In this document: positions 1-7,953 of the stretch, in pieces
Position numbering within the stretch: position 1 is the stretch's first letter
Layout: each line of letters opens with the position of its first letter
Source: a virus
Strand: one strand, 5' to 3'
IMG/VR virus record: IMGVR_UViG_3300050821_016647
Coordinates: 63,530 to 127,529 of that record
DNA length: 64,000 nt
Notes under the pieces: model-generated
What the model was told of the DNA's origin: nothing
What the model saw: the letters and a program-made list of their open reading frames with translations, nothing else
Database searches by the model: none
Program-made: the position numbers and the translations under genes

Positions 1-161
1 CGGCGGGGAGCGCCATTGGTAGCAGTCGCTGCGGTGAGCGACGTCGACTTGCCATACCGGTCGCCAATGAGGTCTTCGAGCGAACACTCGCGAATGGCGA
101 GCATGACGCTCGCGGCGAACTCGGCTGAGGCTGCTGCGATCTTTTCACGAAGCTGTTCCAT
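1..161 (-). CDS. hypothetical protein, N-terminal part only (runs off window edge)
   Basis: ATG at 161 with AGGAGA RBS; MEQLREKIAAASAEFAASVMLAIRECSLEDL...; open to the edge; resembles the N-terminus of myxobacterial DNA-binding proteins (recollection only). Confidence 0.6.
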   Translation of the reverse strand, partial: MEQLREKIAAASAEFAASVMLAIRECSLEDLIGDRYGKSTSLTAATATNGAPR

Positions 162-192
162 GAGTCTTCTCCTTTTTTGTGGGTCGGCCCCC

Positions 193-221
193 GTCATAAT
201 AACGTGAACCTGGTTATGCAA
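193..221 (-). promoter_or_regulatory. sigma70-like promoter
   Basis: minus strand TTGCAT-17 nt-TATGAC in an AT-rich gap upstream of the gene starting at 161. Confidence 0.5.
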
Positions 222-233
222 GAGCTGAAGTGA

Positions 234-491
234 TTATTTCCAGATAACCGGGCGATTTGTTTCCCGATCGAACCTCCAAACCTGATTACGATCTCCGTAC
301 TTCGGAAATCCGACGAATCCAGGTTGGCCGCGCCAGACCCAGACCATGTCGCGGTGTTGCAGCTCGGCAATCACGGAGCGTCCCTGACTCTCTTCGAGAT
401 CAAAGAGCTTCGTGAGCTCATTGAGCAGATGGGCAAAGTGGATGTCCACGAGCGTGTGGTGCGGCTCTACCGGAACGTGCGGATTGATCAT
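234..491 (-). CDS. hypothetical protein
   Basis: ATGA-coupled to upstream gene; start moved to MINPHVP at 491. Confidence 0.6.
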   Translation of the reverse strand: MINPHVPVEPHHTLVDIHFAHLLNELTKLFDLEESQGRSVIAELQHRDMVWVWRGQPGFVGFPKYGDRNQVWRFDRETNRPVIWK

Positions 492-1054
492 TTCACAAAC
501 TCCGCGAGTTTCCTCTTGAGATCTTTGTGACGAAACCCGCGAGCCAATAGAAGCGCGCAGCACGTACGGTACGTCTGCTCCAATGTATGGTCGCCGAGCT
601 TGTCGAGAGCTTCAATTCCAAACTTCAACTCTCGAGCTCCTTGCAGCGGCAGCTCCCGATTCGCTTTGAACGAGTCACGCTCAAGGCAGGCTTTTGTCAG
701 GTCTGTTCTAGCCTGCTGGAGCGCGCTCCTGAGCTCATCACACTCCCGAACGAGCAACTTGATACCTTCGTCCGTCGTATCCCAGACAAAGATCCTTGCG
801 CGGTTCAGAACGTCTTCGCAGCGCCGAACCTCGCTTCTGAAGTAGTCCATCGAGTCTGCCTCGCCGGCAAGCTCACGCTTGGACCGAGGTCGATCCGGAT
901 ACTTCTTCTTCAACCGCTCAGCACATTCAGACGAACAAGCGATCCATCGCGTGTACGCTCGCCCTTCCTTCGCTTCCGGTTCTGCAATCCATCCAGCTGG
1001 CGGATTCGGAGAATTCACTCCGCGGTGACAATCGTCGCAGACCCATCCGTTCAT
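488..1054 (-). CDS. hypothetical protein with CxxC...CxxxC motif and coiled coil
   Basis: start MNGWVCDDC at 1054, ATGA overlap. Confidence 0.6.
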   Translation of the reverse strand: MNGWVCDDCHRGVNSPNPPAGWIAEPEAKEGRAYTRWIACSSECAERLKKKYPDRPRSKRELAGEADSMDYFRSEVRRCEDVLNRARIFVWDTTDEGIKLLVRECDELRSALQQARTDLTKACLERDSFKANRELPLQGARELKFGIEALDKLGDHTLEQTYRTCCALLLARGFRHKDLKRKLAEFVK

Positions 1055-1416
1055 CGCTGCCTCTTTCCAGTAACCTTTTGCAACTTCTTCTTGAAGCGAG
1101 CGGTCTCTCCCCACGCAACCTGCTGTTCTTTCTCCGCCTTGTCGGCTCGCTCGTGCAGTTGCGCCGTGATGGTCTTGTTGCGCTCGACCTCGCGGTCGTA
1201 TTCGCGCTTCAGGTAGCGAGCCTCCGACTCCGCAACCAGCGCACGGAGCTCGGCAGCGTAGCGTTTCGCCTTCTCGGTTGAGATGAACGCGCCAGGCTCC
1301 CACGGACACGGGATGTTCCAGAGGCTGTTACTGGTCCCCAAACTCGACGGCTTGTCTCCGAGCGGGCGTGCCGAAGAGATGCGCGCGTCCATGTCGTCCT
1401 GGCTCAAGATTTCCAT
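1051..1416 (-). CDS. hypothetical protein (coiled coil)
   Basis: ORF in coupled operon. Confidence 0.6.
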   Translation of the reverse strand: MEILSQDDMDARISSARPLGDKPSSLGTSNSLWNIPCPWEPGAFISTEKAKRYAAELRALVAESEARYLKREYDREVERNKTITAQLHERADKAEKEQQVAWGETARFKKKLQKVTGKRQR

Positions 1417-1422
1417 CCCTTT

Positions 1423-1947
1423 CTAGGCCCCAAGAATTTCCTTCATCTTCAGCTCGCCGACGGCCTTGCGAATCTTCGCAATGTCGCCCTCGAGCTTGCG
1501 AGTCGAAGCCCGCGACGCATCGAGGTCGGTCCTGGCGCTGTCGCGAGCACGTTGCATTCGCTCCAGCTCGTCCTTCATGATCATGTCCAACTTTTTGGCT
1601 TCCTCGAGCCCCTTCATTGCCTTGGTCATTTCGCTTACTGCGGTCACGGCCGCCTGCTTATTTGCCCGCACGTCCACGGCAGCTTTGGCAAGGGCGCTAT
1701 CCTCGTCGAGCTGCATAACGAACTTCGTCAACGTGCTCGGCTTGTAGACCGTGTACTGAATTGGACTGTATCGGTTCTGCTCGTCCGGGGGCTTCTGTTC
1801 GTTGCACGGAAGATGCATCGTCTCCTGGTAGAAAGCGACGACAGCCCACCCCTCCTGACTCAGAAGGTCGACTTGATTTTCACAGACAACTCGTGTCAGC
1901 CCGTCCAACGGCTTGTCGAACACTACGGATCCTTCGGGTGTTTTCAT
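1423..1947 (-). CDS. hypothetical protein (C-terminal coiled coil)
   Basis: GAGGA RBS, 174 aa ORF. Confidence 0.65.
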   Translation of the reverse strand: MKTPEGSVVFDKPLDGLTRVVCENQVDLLSQEGWAVVAFYQETMHLPCNEQKPPDEQNRYSPIQYTVYKPSTLTKFVMQLDEDSALAKAAVDVRANKQAAVTAVSEMTKAMKGLEEAKKLDMIMKDELERMQRARDSARTDLDASRASTRKLEGDIAKIRKAVGELKMKEILGA

Positions 1948-1985
1948 CGTTTCCTCCTTAGTCGTCTACGAAACCCTCAGGCGGC

Positions 1986-2019
1986 GGTCCCGTTCTCCGG
2001 TCGAGAGAGAAACGGGACC
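1986..2019. other. intergenic stem-loop
   Basis: GGTCCCGTTCTC ... GAGAAACGGGACC near-perfect inverted repeat; no U-tract, so not called a terminator. Confidence 0.3.
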
Positions 2020-2102
2020 GAGAGGCAGGTCACGCTCGCAGACTTGGCACGCAAGCGCCGTTCGCCTCTTACCCAGGTGTCAAAGGGTTTCCGCCGGAAT
2101 CA

Positions 2103-2501
2103 TCAGTACCGCCTGCCCCGCGTCTGCTCGCGATGAATCTCTTCGATGGCTTTGGGGACTGATTCTTTCACGGCCCGCGCGATCTCGTTTTGAACCTCGA
2201 CCAACACTTTGGCTTCGATCTCGGGCAAAACCTCCTTGACCTTAGCGACGATGCGCGCGTGCATTCCGCTCGTTTGCAGAGCCTCCACGATAGCGGGCCG
2301 CATCGCTTCAGCAATCAGGTGTGTATCCCACTGAACCGACTCGATGAGCTTGTCGGCGAGCTTCTGCCGGTACTCCGGCGAGGCGTCCGTCCACGCCTGC
2401 CGAATGAGCTGGGCGAGACCCTGCGAGCCGGCGATCTCGCGCGTGAGCTCGACGATGCGCGAGGCGGCCTGTTGCTCTTGCGTGGGGTAGTTGTTGTTCA
2501 T
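2103..2501 (-). CDS. hypothetical protein
   Basis: coupled ORF, helical composition. Confidence 0.6.
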   Translation of the reverse strand: MNNNYPTQEQQAASRIVELTREIAGSQGLAQLIRQAWTDASPEYRQKLADKLIESVQWDTHLIAEAMRPAIVEALQTSGMHARIVAKVKEVLPEIEAKVLVEVQNEIARAVKESVPKAIEEIHREQTRGRRY

Positions 2502-2701
2502 TCGGGCAGCGCCGCGCGCACGGCGGCGTCCTTTCCTTCGAGGAGCTTACGCAACGCGACCGTGCGCTCGGCGTTCCGTGGCAGCGTCTGCACGAGATGC
2601 TCAGCGAGATCTGCGAACGGCTTGGAAACCGCTCGCAGCTTATCGTCCAGGTGCGTGTACGAGAAGAACCTCATGATGGGGTCGATGTTCGGGGTGTTCA
2701 T
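2498..2701 (-). CDS. conserved small phage helical-hairpin protein (possible Acb2/Tad1-hairpin relative)
   Basis: FFSYTHL...VSKPFADLA...LPRNAERTVALRKLLEGKDAAVRA, a widespread phage motif. Confidence 0.7.
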   Translation of the reverse strand: MNTPNIDPIMRFFSYTHLDDKLRAVSKPFADLAEHLVQTLPRNAERTVALRKLLEGKDAAVRAALPE

Positions 2702-3075
2702 TTTCCCTCCAATTGCTGTTGTCGCAGCCGCGCGTTGTGAATCTGTCGCTCGAACTCGATAATCTTCTCAGCGAGCTCCTGAAGCTCTTCATGCAGGTGT
2801 TGAGGGCATCTGTTGGCTCTAAGCGCAAATGCGCCACACGTCACGTGCTCACCGTTTTCCGAATCCGATTGGAATCTCGCCGTACAGCTCGTAGTCAGTC
2901 GACCAGCGCGTTCCTCGCGCTTGTACTGCGCGCAGTCCTTAGAACACGCGACGCCATCGGGACCGTCACCGGTTTGGTCTCCAACCCAGATGAACGACCA
3001 TCCCTTTGGGGGATTCACGGACGCCGACTCGGCCTTCTTGCCACACGCGTCGCAGGTAAAGACGGCGCTCATCAT
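2698..3075 (-). CDS. Cys-rich hypothetical protein (putative Zn binding)
   Basis: CDAC, CSKDC, C...CPQH motifs. Confidence 0.6.
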   Translation of the reverse strand: MMSAVFTCDACGKKAESASVNPPKGWSFIWVGDQTGDGPDGVACSKDCAQYKREERAGRLTTSCTARFQSDSENGEHVTCGAFALRANRCPQHLHEELQELAEKIIEFERQIHNARLRQQQLEGK

Positions 3076-3314
3076 GCCTCTTCCTTCTTTTTCACGTCCG
3101 CTGGCAGGTACTTCATCGTGTGGCTCGCCGCCGCGCGCCAGTCGCCAGGGGCCACCTCGGTAAGCCGCGTGACCCAGAGCTCTTTCTCGAAGATCTCCGA
3201 GATGCGCAGTGGCACGCCGTCCCAGAACTTGGAAGTGAGAACGTCACCCTTCTTGAAGCCGAGCCGGACACAGGCTTGCACAGCGGTCTCGAGGGGGACG
3301 GAGGAGGTTTTCAT
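3072..3314 (-). CDS. hypothetical protein
   Basis: start MKTSSVP at 3314, ATGA overlap. Confidence 0.55.
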   Translation of the reverse strand: MKTSSVPLETAVQACVRLGFKKGDVLTSKFWDGVPLRISEIFEKELWVTRLTEVAPGDWRAAASHTMKYLPADVKKKEEA

Positions 3315-3493
3315 GTCTCGTCTCCGAGGTCCACCGTGTTGAGTTTGTCGCGCAACAATTCGCCAAGCCGCTCGACCGCCTCGGTGGGCGTACATTCATC
3401 CGAAACAAACATGGGCACCGAAAGCGTGTGCGGCGTTTTGTTGATCTGGTCTTCAGAGACTGAGACCGGGATGGAGACGTAGAGAAACTTCAC
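3311..3493 (-). CDS. hypothetical protein
   Basis: GTG start at 3493 overlapping the upstream stop. Confidence 0.5.
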   Translation of the reverse strand: MKFLYVSIPVSVSEDQINKTPHTLSVPMFVSDECTPTEAVERLGELLRDKLNTVDLGDET

Positions 3494-3807
3494 TTGAGCC
3501 TCTCTACAGAAACTCGATACCAACCCCATTCGCCGGGCGAACCGATCTTCGCGCTGTACTCCCAGATGTCGCCGGCTGCATCAAGCGCCCATCTCGTGCC
3601 TTCTGGGTCGATAGCGATCTGAACGAACTTCGCCACGCCCGGCGGGCCCGCGTGCTCGTATGCCGTCTTGCGCTCTGCGTGCGTCGGAACGGTTGTTTCA
3701 CGAGTGCCAGGAACCTCCTGGCGTGCGTTGCAGCACGCCCATCCTGGCGCCTGTCCGCAATAGGGACACCCAACAGAGACGTACGGAGGCACGGTTACAG
3801 TCGTCAT
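3490..3807 (-). CDS. hypothetical protein with Zn-finger (CPYC...C...H)
   Basis: GCPYCGQAPGWAC...HAER motif. Confidence 0.6.
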   Translation of the reverse strand: MTTVTVPPYVSVGCPYCGQAPGWACCNARQEVPGTRETTVPTHAERKTAYEHAGPPGVAKFVQIAIDPEGTRWALDAAGDIWEYSAKIGSPGEWGWYRVSVERLK

Positions 3808-4244
3808 GTCGGCAGCACCCAGCGTCGCTTCTCGACGCTCCAGATAGCTTCTTGTCCGAGTCGATTGAGGTCAGGTCCAGCGTCTGGATCGTTCTTGTCG
3901 CAACTCCGGTAGCCGACCTTGGCACGTTTCGAGTACCAGCCGAACTCGACGCACTCCGCGACGCCCGGCCAGATGCCAGTCCACGGCAGAGGGCCGCCGA
4001 CTTCGGCGAATGCCTCTTCGAGCTTCTTGTACATCGCTTCCGTGGGGCCGCCCTTGTAGATATCCGGGTGCTCCTGCTTGAGCCGCTCGCGCGACATCTC
4101 GTTCACTTCATACACGCACCCGCACGACATCGCCTGATGACCACAGAGCGGGCAACGCTCGACGTCGCAGTTGCCCTTATGCATCTCGCCTGGCTTCGCT
4201 TTGCAGTCATGGCAATTGCGCTTGGTGAGATAGTCGTGTTTCAC
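3804..4244 (-). CDS. conserved phage Zn-finger protein
   Basis: CHDC..KPG..H...CDVERCPLCG.Q..SCGC and WTG.WPG..EC.E.GW...PDLNRL. Confidence 0.7.
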   Translation of the reverse strand: MKHDYLTKRNCHDCKAKPGEMHKGNCDVERCPLCGHQAMSCGCVYEVNEMSRERLKQEHPDIYKGGPTEAMYKKLEEAFAEVGGPLPWTGIWPGVAECVEFGWYSKRAKVGYRSCDKNDPDAGPDLNRLGQEAIWSVEKRRWVLPT

Positions 4245-4468
4245 GATCCACCTCCAATCGCGAACCCTTCGGGCTCGGTGATGATGCGCGGTTCCTTGGC
4301 GTTCAACTCGAGCCGAAACACCTGAGCTCGAGGAGTTCCAATCGACCCGTCGTTCTCGATAATAAGCTCGATCGCCTGCCCCTTGGACTCGGCAAGCGCA
4401 AACGCTTGCCCCGGAGCAAAGTCTTCGAGCACGTCGACGTCGTCCCAGTAGAATAGCTTGAGTCTCAT
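4241..4468 (-). CDS. hypothetical protein
   Basis: start MRLKLFYW at 4468. Confidence 0.6.
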   Translation of the reverse strand: MRLKLFYWDDVDVLEDFAPGQAFALAESKGQAIELIIENDGSIGTPRAQVFRLELNAKEPRIITEPEGFAIGGGS

Positions 4469-4689
4469 TCCGGCACCTTCGTTCGGTCGGCTAGCGCATC
4501 TCTGATGGCGCCGTCCGTAATCGACAAGCACAGCAAGCAAACCGGCGGCTCAACATCCTTACCGTCGATCCCGGCTGCAACACCGTGAACAAAAGCTAGC
4601 GTTACCGCTGAGCGGGCCTTGATATCGGGAGCAAGTCCGTTGTCGAGCAACAGCTGTTCTACGATGTCACATAGAACGCAGGCGCTCAT
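4465..4689 (-). CDS. hypothetical protein
   Basis: coupled ORF. Confidence 0.5.
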   Translation of the reverse strand: MSACVLCDIVEQLLLDNGLAPDIKARSAVTLAFVHGVAAGIDGKDVEPPVCLLCLSITDGAIRDALADRTKVPE

Positions 4690-4901
4690 CGCTCGAACGG
4701 CTTTCGTCCAAGATTCGATAGCCTCTGTACGATCTCGAGCATCTCGACCGCTCGCGATAGCGAGGCCGGATCGCCGGTGACAGTCGTGGTCGTCTCGGTC
4801 GTGACCTTACCGTTCGCGTCCGTCGTCGTCACCGTCTTGACCGTTGTCGTTACGGACACGATCTGCACGCGCGGCTCTTCTTTCGGCGTTTCTTTCGACA
4901 T
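4686..4901 (-). CDS. Thr-rich hypothetical protein
   Basis: start MSKETPK at 4901 with GGAGAGG RBS. Confidence 0.55.
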   Translation of the reverse strand: MSKETPKEEPRVQIVSVTTTVKTVTTTDANGKVTTETTTTVTGDPASLSRAVEMLEIVQRLSNLGRKPFER

Positions 4902-4940
4902 GACACCCTCTCCTCGCACGCCCTCGACGGCGTTTCTGCG

Positions 4941-4980
4941 AGCGATCTATCTGTACACGCGCGTATTACGGCGGGTCAAG
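4941..4980 (-). promoter_or_regulatory. putative promoter with CGCGTATTAC operator-like core
   Basis: minus strand TTGACC then 18 nt then TACAGA; contains the core also seen at 12209 and 58469. Confidence 0.4.
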
Positions 4981-5289
4981 TTATTTTACTAGGTCCGGCT
5001 CGCTGGCTTCCATTTCCCAGGGCCTAGGCTCGAAACCGCTAATGCTTACCACGTCACCGTTCTCGTTTACCCATCTCACCGTCTTACGTACGGGCGGGTT
5101 CAGCTCGTCTCTAAGCTCTTTTTCGGCTTCGACTCTGAGCCAGACCTTTCTGAGCCGCCGCGCCGCATCTTCGAGGTCGGCCGGGATGGGGTCGGCTCCA
5201 AGGACCAGGATGAGGCCGGGAGGCCATGTCCCGAACCTGGCGTAGTATCGGGCGGCGATCTTCTTTGTGAAAGGTCCAGGCTGAGGCAT
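4981..5289 (-). CDS. hypothetical protein
   Basis: 102 aa ORF. Confidence 0.5.
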   Translation of the reverse strand: MPQPGPFTKKIAARYYARFGTWPPGLILVLGADPIPADLEDAARRLRKVWLRVEAEKELRDELNPPVRKTVRWVNENGDVVSISGFEPRPWEMEASEPDLVK

Positions 5290-5507
5290 CGAGTCACCAC
5301 CTTGTAGAGGATTCGCTGCGCCGTGCTTCGGCGGTTCCTGAAGAGCATCGTTCGTCGCAGCGTTTCAGGGTCCTCCTCGAGCAGCCGCGCCAGCTCACCG
5401 AACGTCATCCGGCCAGCTCCGTTGCAGCACGGGCATTTCTCTGGCCACTCTTTACTGCCGGGGACCCAGCCGTTGCCGTTACAGAGCTCGCAGAGGAAGA
5501 AGATCAC
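5100..5507 (-). CDS. DnaJ-type Zn-finger (CxxCxGxG x2) plus possible HTH protein; 3' end uncertain
   Basis: CELCNGNG and CPCCNGAG; GTGA-coupled to the helicase; tail overlaps the next ORF by ~190 nt. Confidence 0.5.
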   Translation of the reverse strand: MIFFLCELCNGNGWVPGSKEWPEKCPCCNGAGRMTFGELARLLEEDPETLRRTMLFRNRRSTAQRILYKVVTRCLSLDLSQRRSPPDTTPGSGHGLPASSWSLEPTPSRPTSKMRRGGSERSGSESKPKKSLETS

Positions 5508-7060
5508 GAGTTTCTCCTCGCCCAGTTCGCGAAGTCCTCGTCCGTATCGAAAGTGGTGTGCAGCTCACTCTCGACAGACTGCTTCCAACGAGCTCGGTCT
5601 GCCTCTTTGTTAGTAATGCGACGTTTCCACTGCTCATCGTTGGCGAGCGCTTCCTTGGCGGCCTGTCCCCAACTCCATGGGGGCCACTCCTCGAATTCCT
5701 CTTTGTATTTCATACTCGCGTACGTCGGCTTGAAGCCCTTCATCCGCGCTTCCTCGACCTTGCGATCGAAGAATGCCTTGCGCGGATCCGTAAACACGCG
5801 CTCCTCGAGCTGTGCGTTCTCGTCTTGTACGATCTTGCGCGGCTCCGGCACTGGCGGTGCGAATCCGCACGCCTCGCACGGGTAGTGCTTGATGTACGCT
5901 AGACACTTGATGCACTGGGTCGGCTTGCGCTCGTTCACGCGCTCGGCTCGGCCTTCCAGTGACCATCGACGGTCCTCATGCGGGAAGCCGTGGCGGTCGA
6001 GGTTCCCTCCCTGGTCGATGATGATAGGGACGACGCTCGGTCCGTCCTCCGGACGCCAGGAGCGCGTGGCCGGCGTGTTCTCGTTCCAAGGGCGCAGCCC
6101 TCGCCCGGCTTGCTGCATGAACACCACGAGCGACTTCGTCGGCCGCGCAATGATCAGGCACTTCACGCTCGGTTGGTCCCAACCCTCGGTGAAGATCTGG
6201 CAGTTGGTCACAACTTCGAGCTCACCCGAGTCGAGTCTGGCCGAGATGGCGAGCCGATCGTCTTCGGGCGTGTCCGCATCGACGTGAGCCGCCCTCACGC
6301 CGGCCGCCAGGAACTTCTCGAGCAGAGCCTTGGAGTGCGCGACGTTCACGGCGAAGACAACCGTGCGTCGGCCTTGCGCGTGCTTTTTGTACTCGGCCAC
6401 CGTATCGCCGAGCACGTCGATCTCCATCATCGCGTCCGCCAGCTCGTCGATGACGAAGTCGCCATGCTGGACCTTGATGCCGTCGAGTTTGGGTTGGACC
6501 GGGGTACCGAAGCACCGCGGCTCGACGATGAACTTGTCCTCGATGAGATCCTTGTACGTCGCGGCGACCTCAATGGCTTGGAAGACGTCGCCGAGCGCTT
6601 TACCGTCGAGGCGACACGGCGTGGCGGTGAGTCCGATGATCCTCGCGTTTGGGTAGAGCTCGAGGAGCTTGCGGTAGCTGTTAGCGACCGCCCGATGACA
6701 CTCGTCGACGAAGATGATGTCGGCCGGTGGCTTGTCTCGGCGACCCAGGCTTTGAATGGTCGCCACCTGCACGGGCATCAGGGCGTTCGTTCGTTTGTCA
6801 TCGGCCCGAATGACGCCGACCTCGGTCACGCCCCACTTCGCTAGCTGTCGCACCGCCTGATCGATGAGCTCGATTCGGTGCGCGACGAACAAAATCTTCG
6901 CATCGAAGTTCGCTCGGGCGAGCTGAATGATGTAGCTCGCCAGAACCGTCTTCCCGCCTCCGGTCGGGCAGCAGAGAATGACGCGAATGCGCTCCGCGAG
7001 AATATGCCCGCGGAGCGCGTCGACGCCTGCTGCCTGATAGAGACGGAGCTCGGGAAGCAT
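5504..7060 (-). CDS. superfamily 2 DEAD/DEAH-box helicase (phage Res/UvsW-like)
   Basis: PTGGGKT (I), DECH (II), LTATP (III), QQAGRGLR (VI), C-terminal CxxC-CxxC. Confidence 0.92.
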   Translation of the reverse strand: MLPELRLYQAAGVDALRGHILAERIRVILCCPTGGGKTVLASYIIQLARANFDAKILFVAHRIELIDQAVRQLAKWGVTEVGVIRADDKRTNALMPVQVATIQSLGRRDKPPADIIFVDECHRAVANSYRKLLELYPNARIIGLTATPCRLDGKALGDVFQAIEVAATYKDLIEDKFIVEPRCFGTPVQPKLDGIKVQHGDFVIDELADAMMEIDVLGDTVAEYKKHAQGRRTVVFAVNVAHSKALLEKFLAAGVRAAHVDADTPEDDRLAISARLDSGELEVVTNCQIFTEGWDQPSVKCLIIARPTKSLVVFMQQAGRGLRPWNENTPATRSWRPEDGPSVVPIIIDQGGNLDRHGFPHEDRRWSLEGRAERVNERKPTQCIKCLAYIKHYPCEACGFAPPVPEPRKIVQDENAQLEERVFTDPRKAFFDRKVEEARMKGFKPTYASMKYKEEFEEWPPWSWGQAAKEALANDEQWKRRITNKEADRARWKQSVESELHTTFDTDEDFANWARRNS

Positions 7061-7075
7061 GTTCGACCCGAGGGC

Positions 7076-7654
7076 CTAGAACATCGCCTTCTTGTTGGGC
7101 TCCGTCGCTGCGGTTGGCGCTGCCGGAGGCTGCGCGTTCGCGCCGAAGTCGAAGTTGTTCGCTGCCGGCTTCGAACCGTTCTCCTTCGCGGCCTTTGCGC
7201 GGGCCTCTGCGACGAGCTTGGTCTGATCGAGAATGAGTCCTCGCAACCCCGCGAACGCCTCCTGCTTCTCGGCGGGGTCCAGTGGCGTAAACGATGTTCG
7301 GCTGCGCGACGGATCGTTGACCCATCGGACCTTGGGGGTCAGGTATTTCTTCTCTGTCGGAAGACCAGGGTCTTTGATGTACTCCTCGGTCTCGATGACG
7401 ATTTGGACGATGTCCTTGCTGATCGTTTTCGGATCCGTACCGTCGTAGCCGCAGAACACGAGACTCTCCGCGGTGCGCTCGCGCGTATTTTCCCCCAACC
7501 ATCCAGTCCAATCGATAAGCGCTCCCTTGTAGGGTCCCTCATCGACAATCGAGAACGTGACCGTAACTCCCTTGTTCCCGGTGTTATCGGACTTGACTCC
7601 CTCCATGTTGATGCCTCGAGCCATATACGAACCGTCTACGATTTTCGCCGCCAT
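7076..7654 (-). CDS. putative ssDNA-binding protein (DUF669-like)
   Basis: position between Sak4-like ATPase and helicase; beta-rich N-terminal domain, flexible tail ending in F. Confidence 0.55.
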   Translation of the reverse strand: MAAKIVDGSYMARGINMEGVKSDNTGNKGVTVTFSIVDEGPYKGALIDWTGWLGENTRERTAESLVFCGYDGTDPKTISKDIVQIVIETEEYIKDPGLPTEKKYLTPKVRWVNDPSRSRTSFTPLDPAEKQEAFAGLRGLILDQTKLVAEARAKAAKENGSKPAANNFDFGANAQPPAAPTAATEPNKKAMF

Positions 7655-7665
7655 GATCGTCTCTC

Positions 7666-7953
7666 CTATTTTCCAAATTCGAACTTCGCCCAGATTTCCG
7701 CGATGGCAGTGGCCTTCGCGACCTTCTTGGCGTCAGCGTGCTCGCTGAGCCAGTTTTGCATCGCATCGGCGCATCCGCGCGCCTCCTCGATCTTCCCCGC
7801 CGTGTCCTCGCCGAGTTTGTCTCGAATGAGAGCCCAGAGCCCGACGAGGAGGTGTGCGCTCGGGTCGCGCGCCAAAAGAACGAACATCGGCTCGTCAGGG
7901 TCGGCCGCTGTGTAGCAGTCGAATTCTCCTGGCTTGTTCTTGGTTCCCATCAC
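7666..7953 (-). CDS. conserved phage protein
   Basis: MGTKNKPGEFDCY..A.PDEPMFVLLARD motif. Confidence 0.75.
   Translation of the reverse strand: MMGTKNKPGEFDCYTAADPDEPMFVLLARDPSAHLLVGLWALIRDKLGEDTAGKIEEARGCADAMQNWLSEHADAKKVAKATAIAEIWAKFEFGK

Noticed and set aside
6878-7915. Long plus-strand ORFs (also 5978-6844, 46561-47490, 49848-50729, 59595-60365 and similar)
   Set aside because: Antisense shadows of GC-rich genes with clear motifs on the other strand; no RBS or recognisable motifs.
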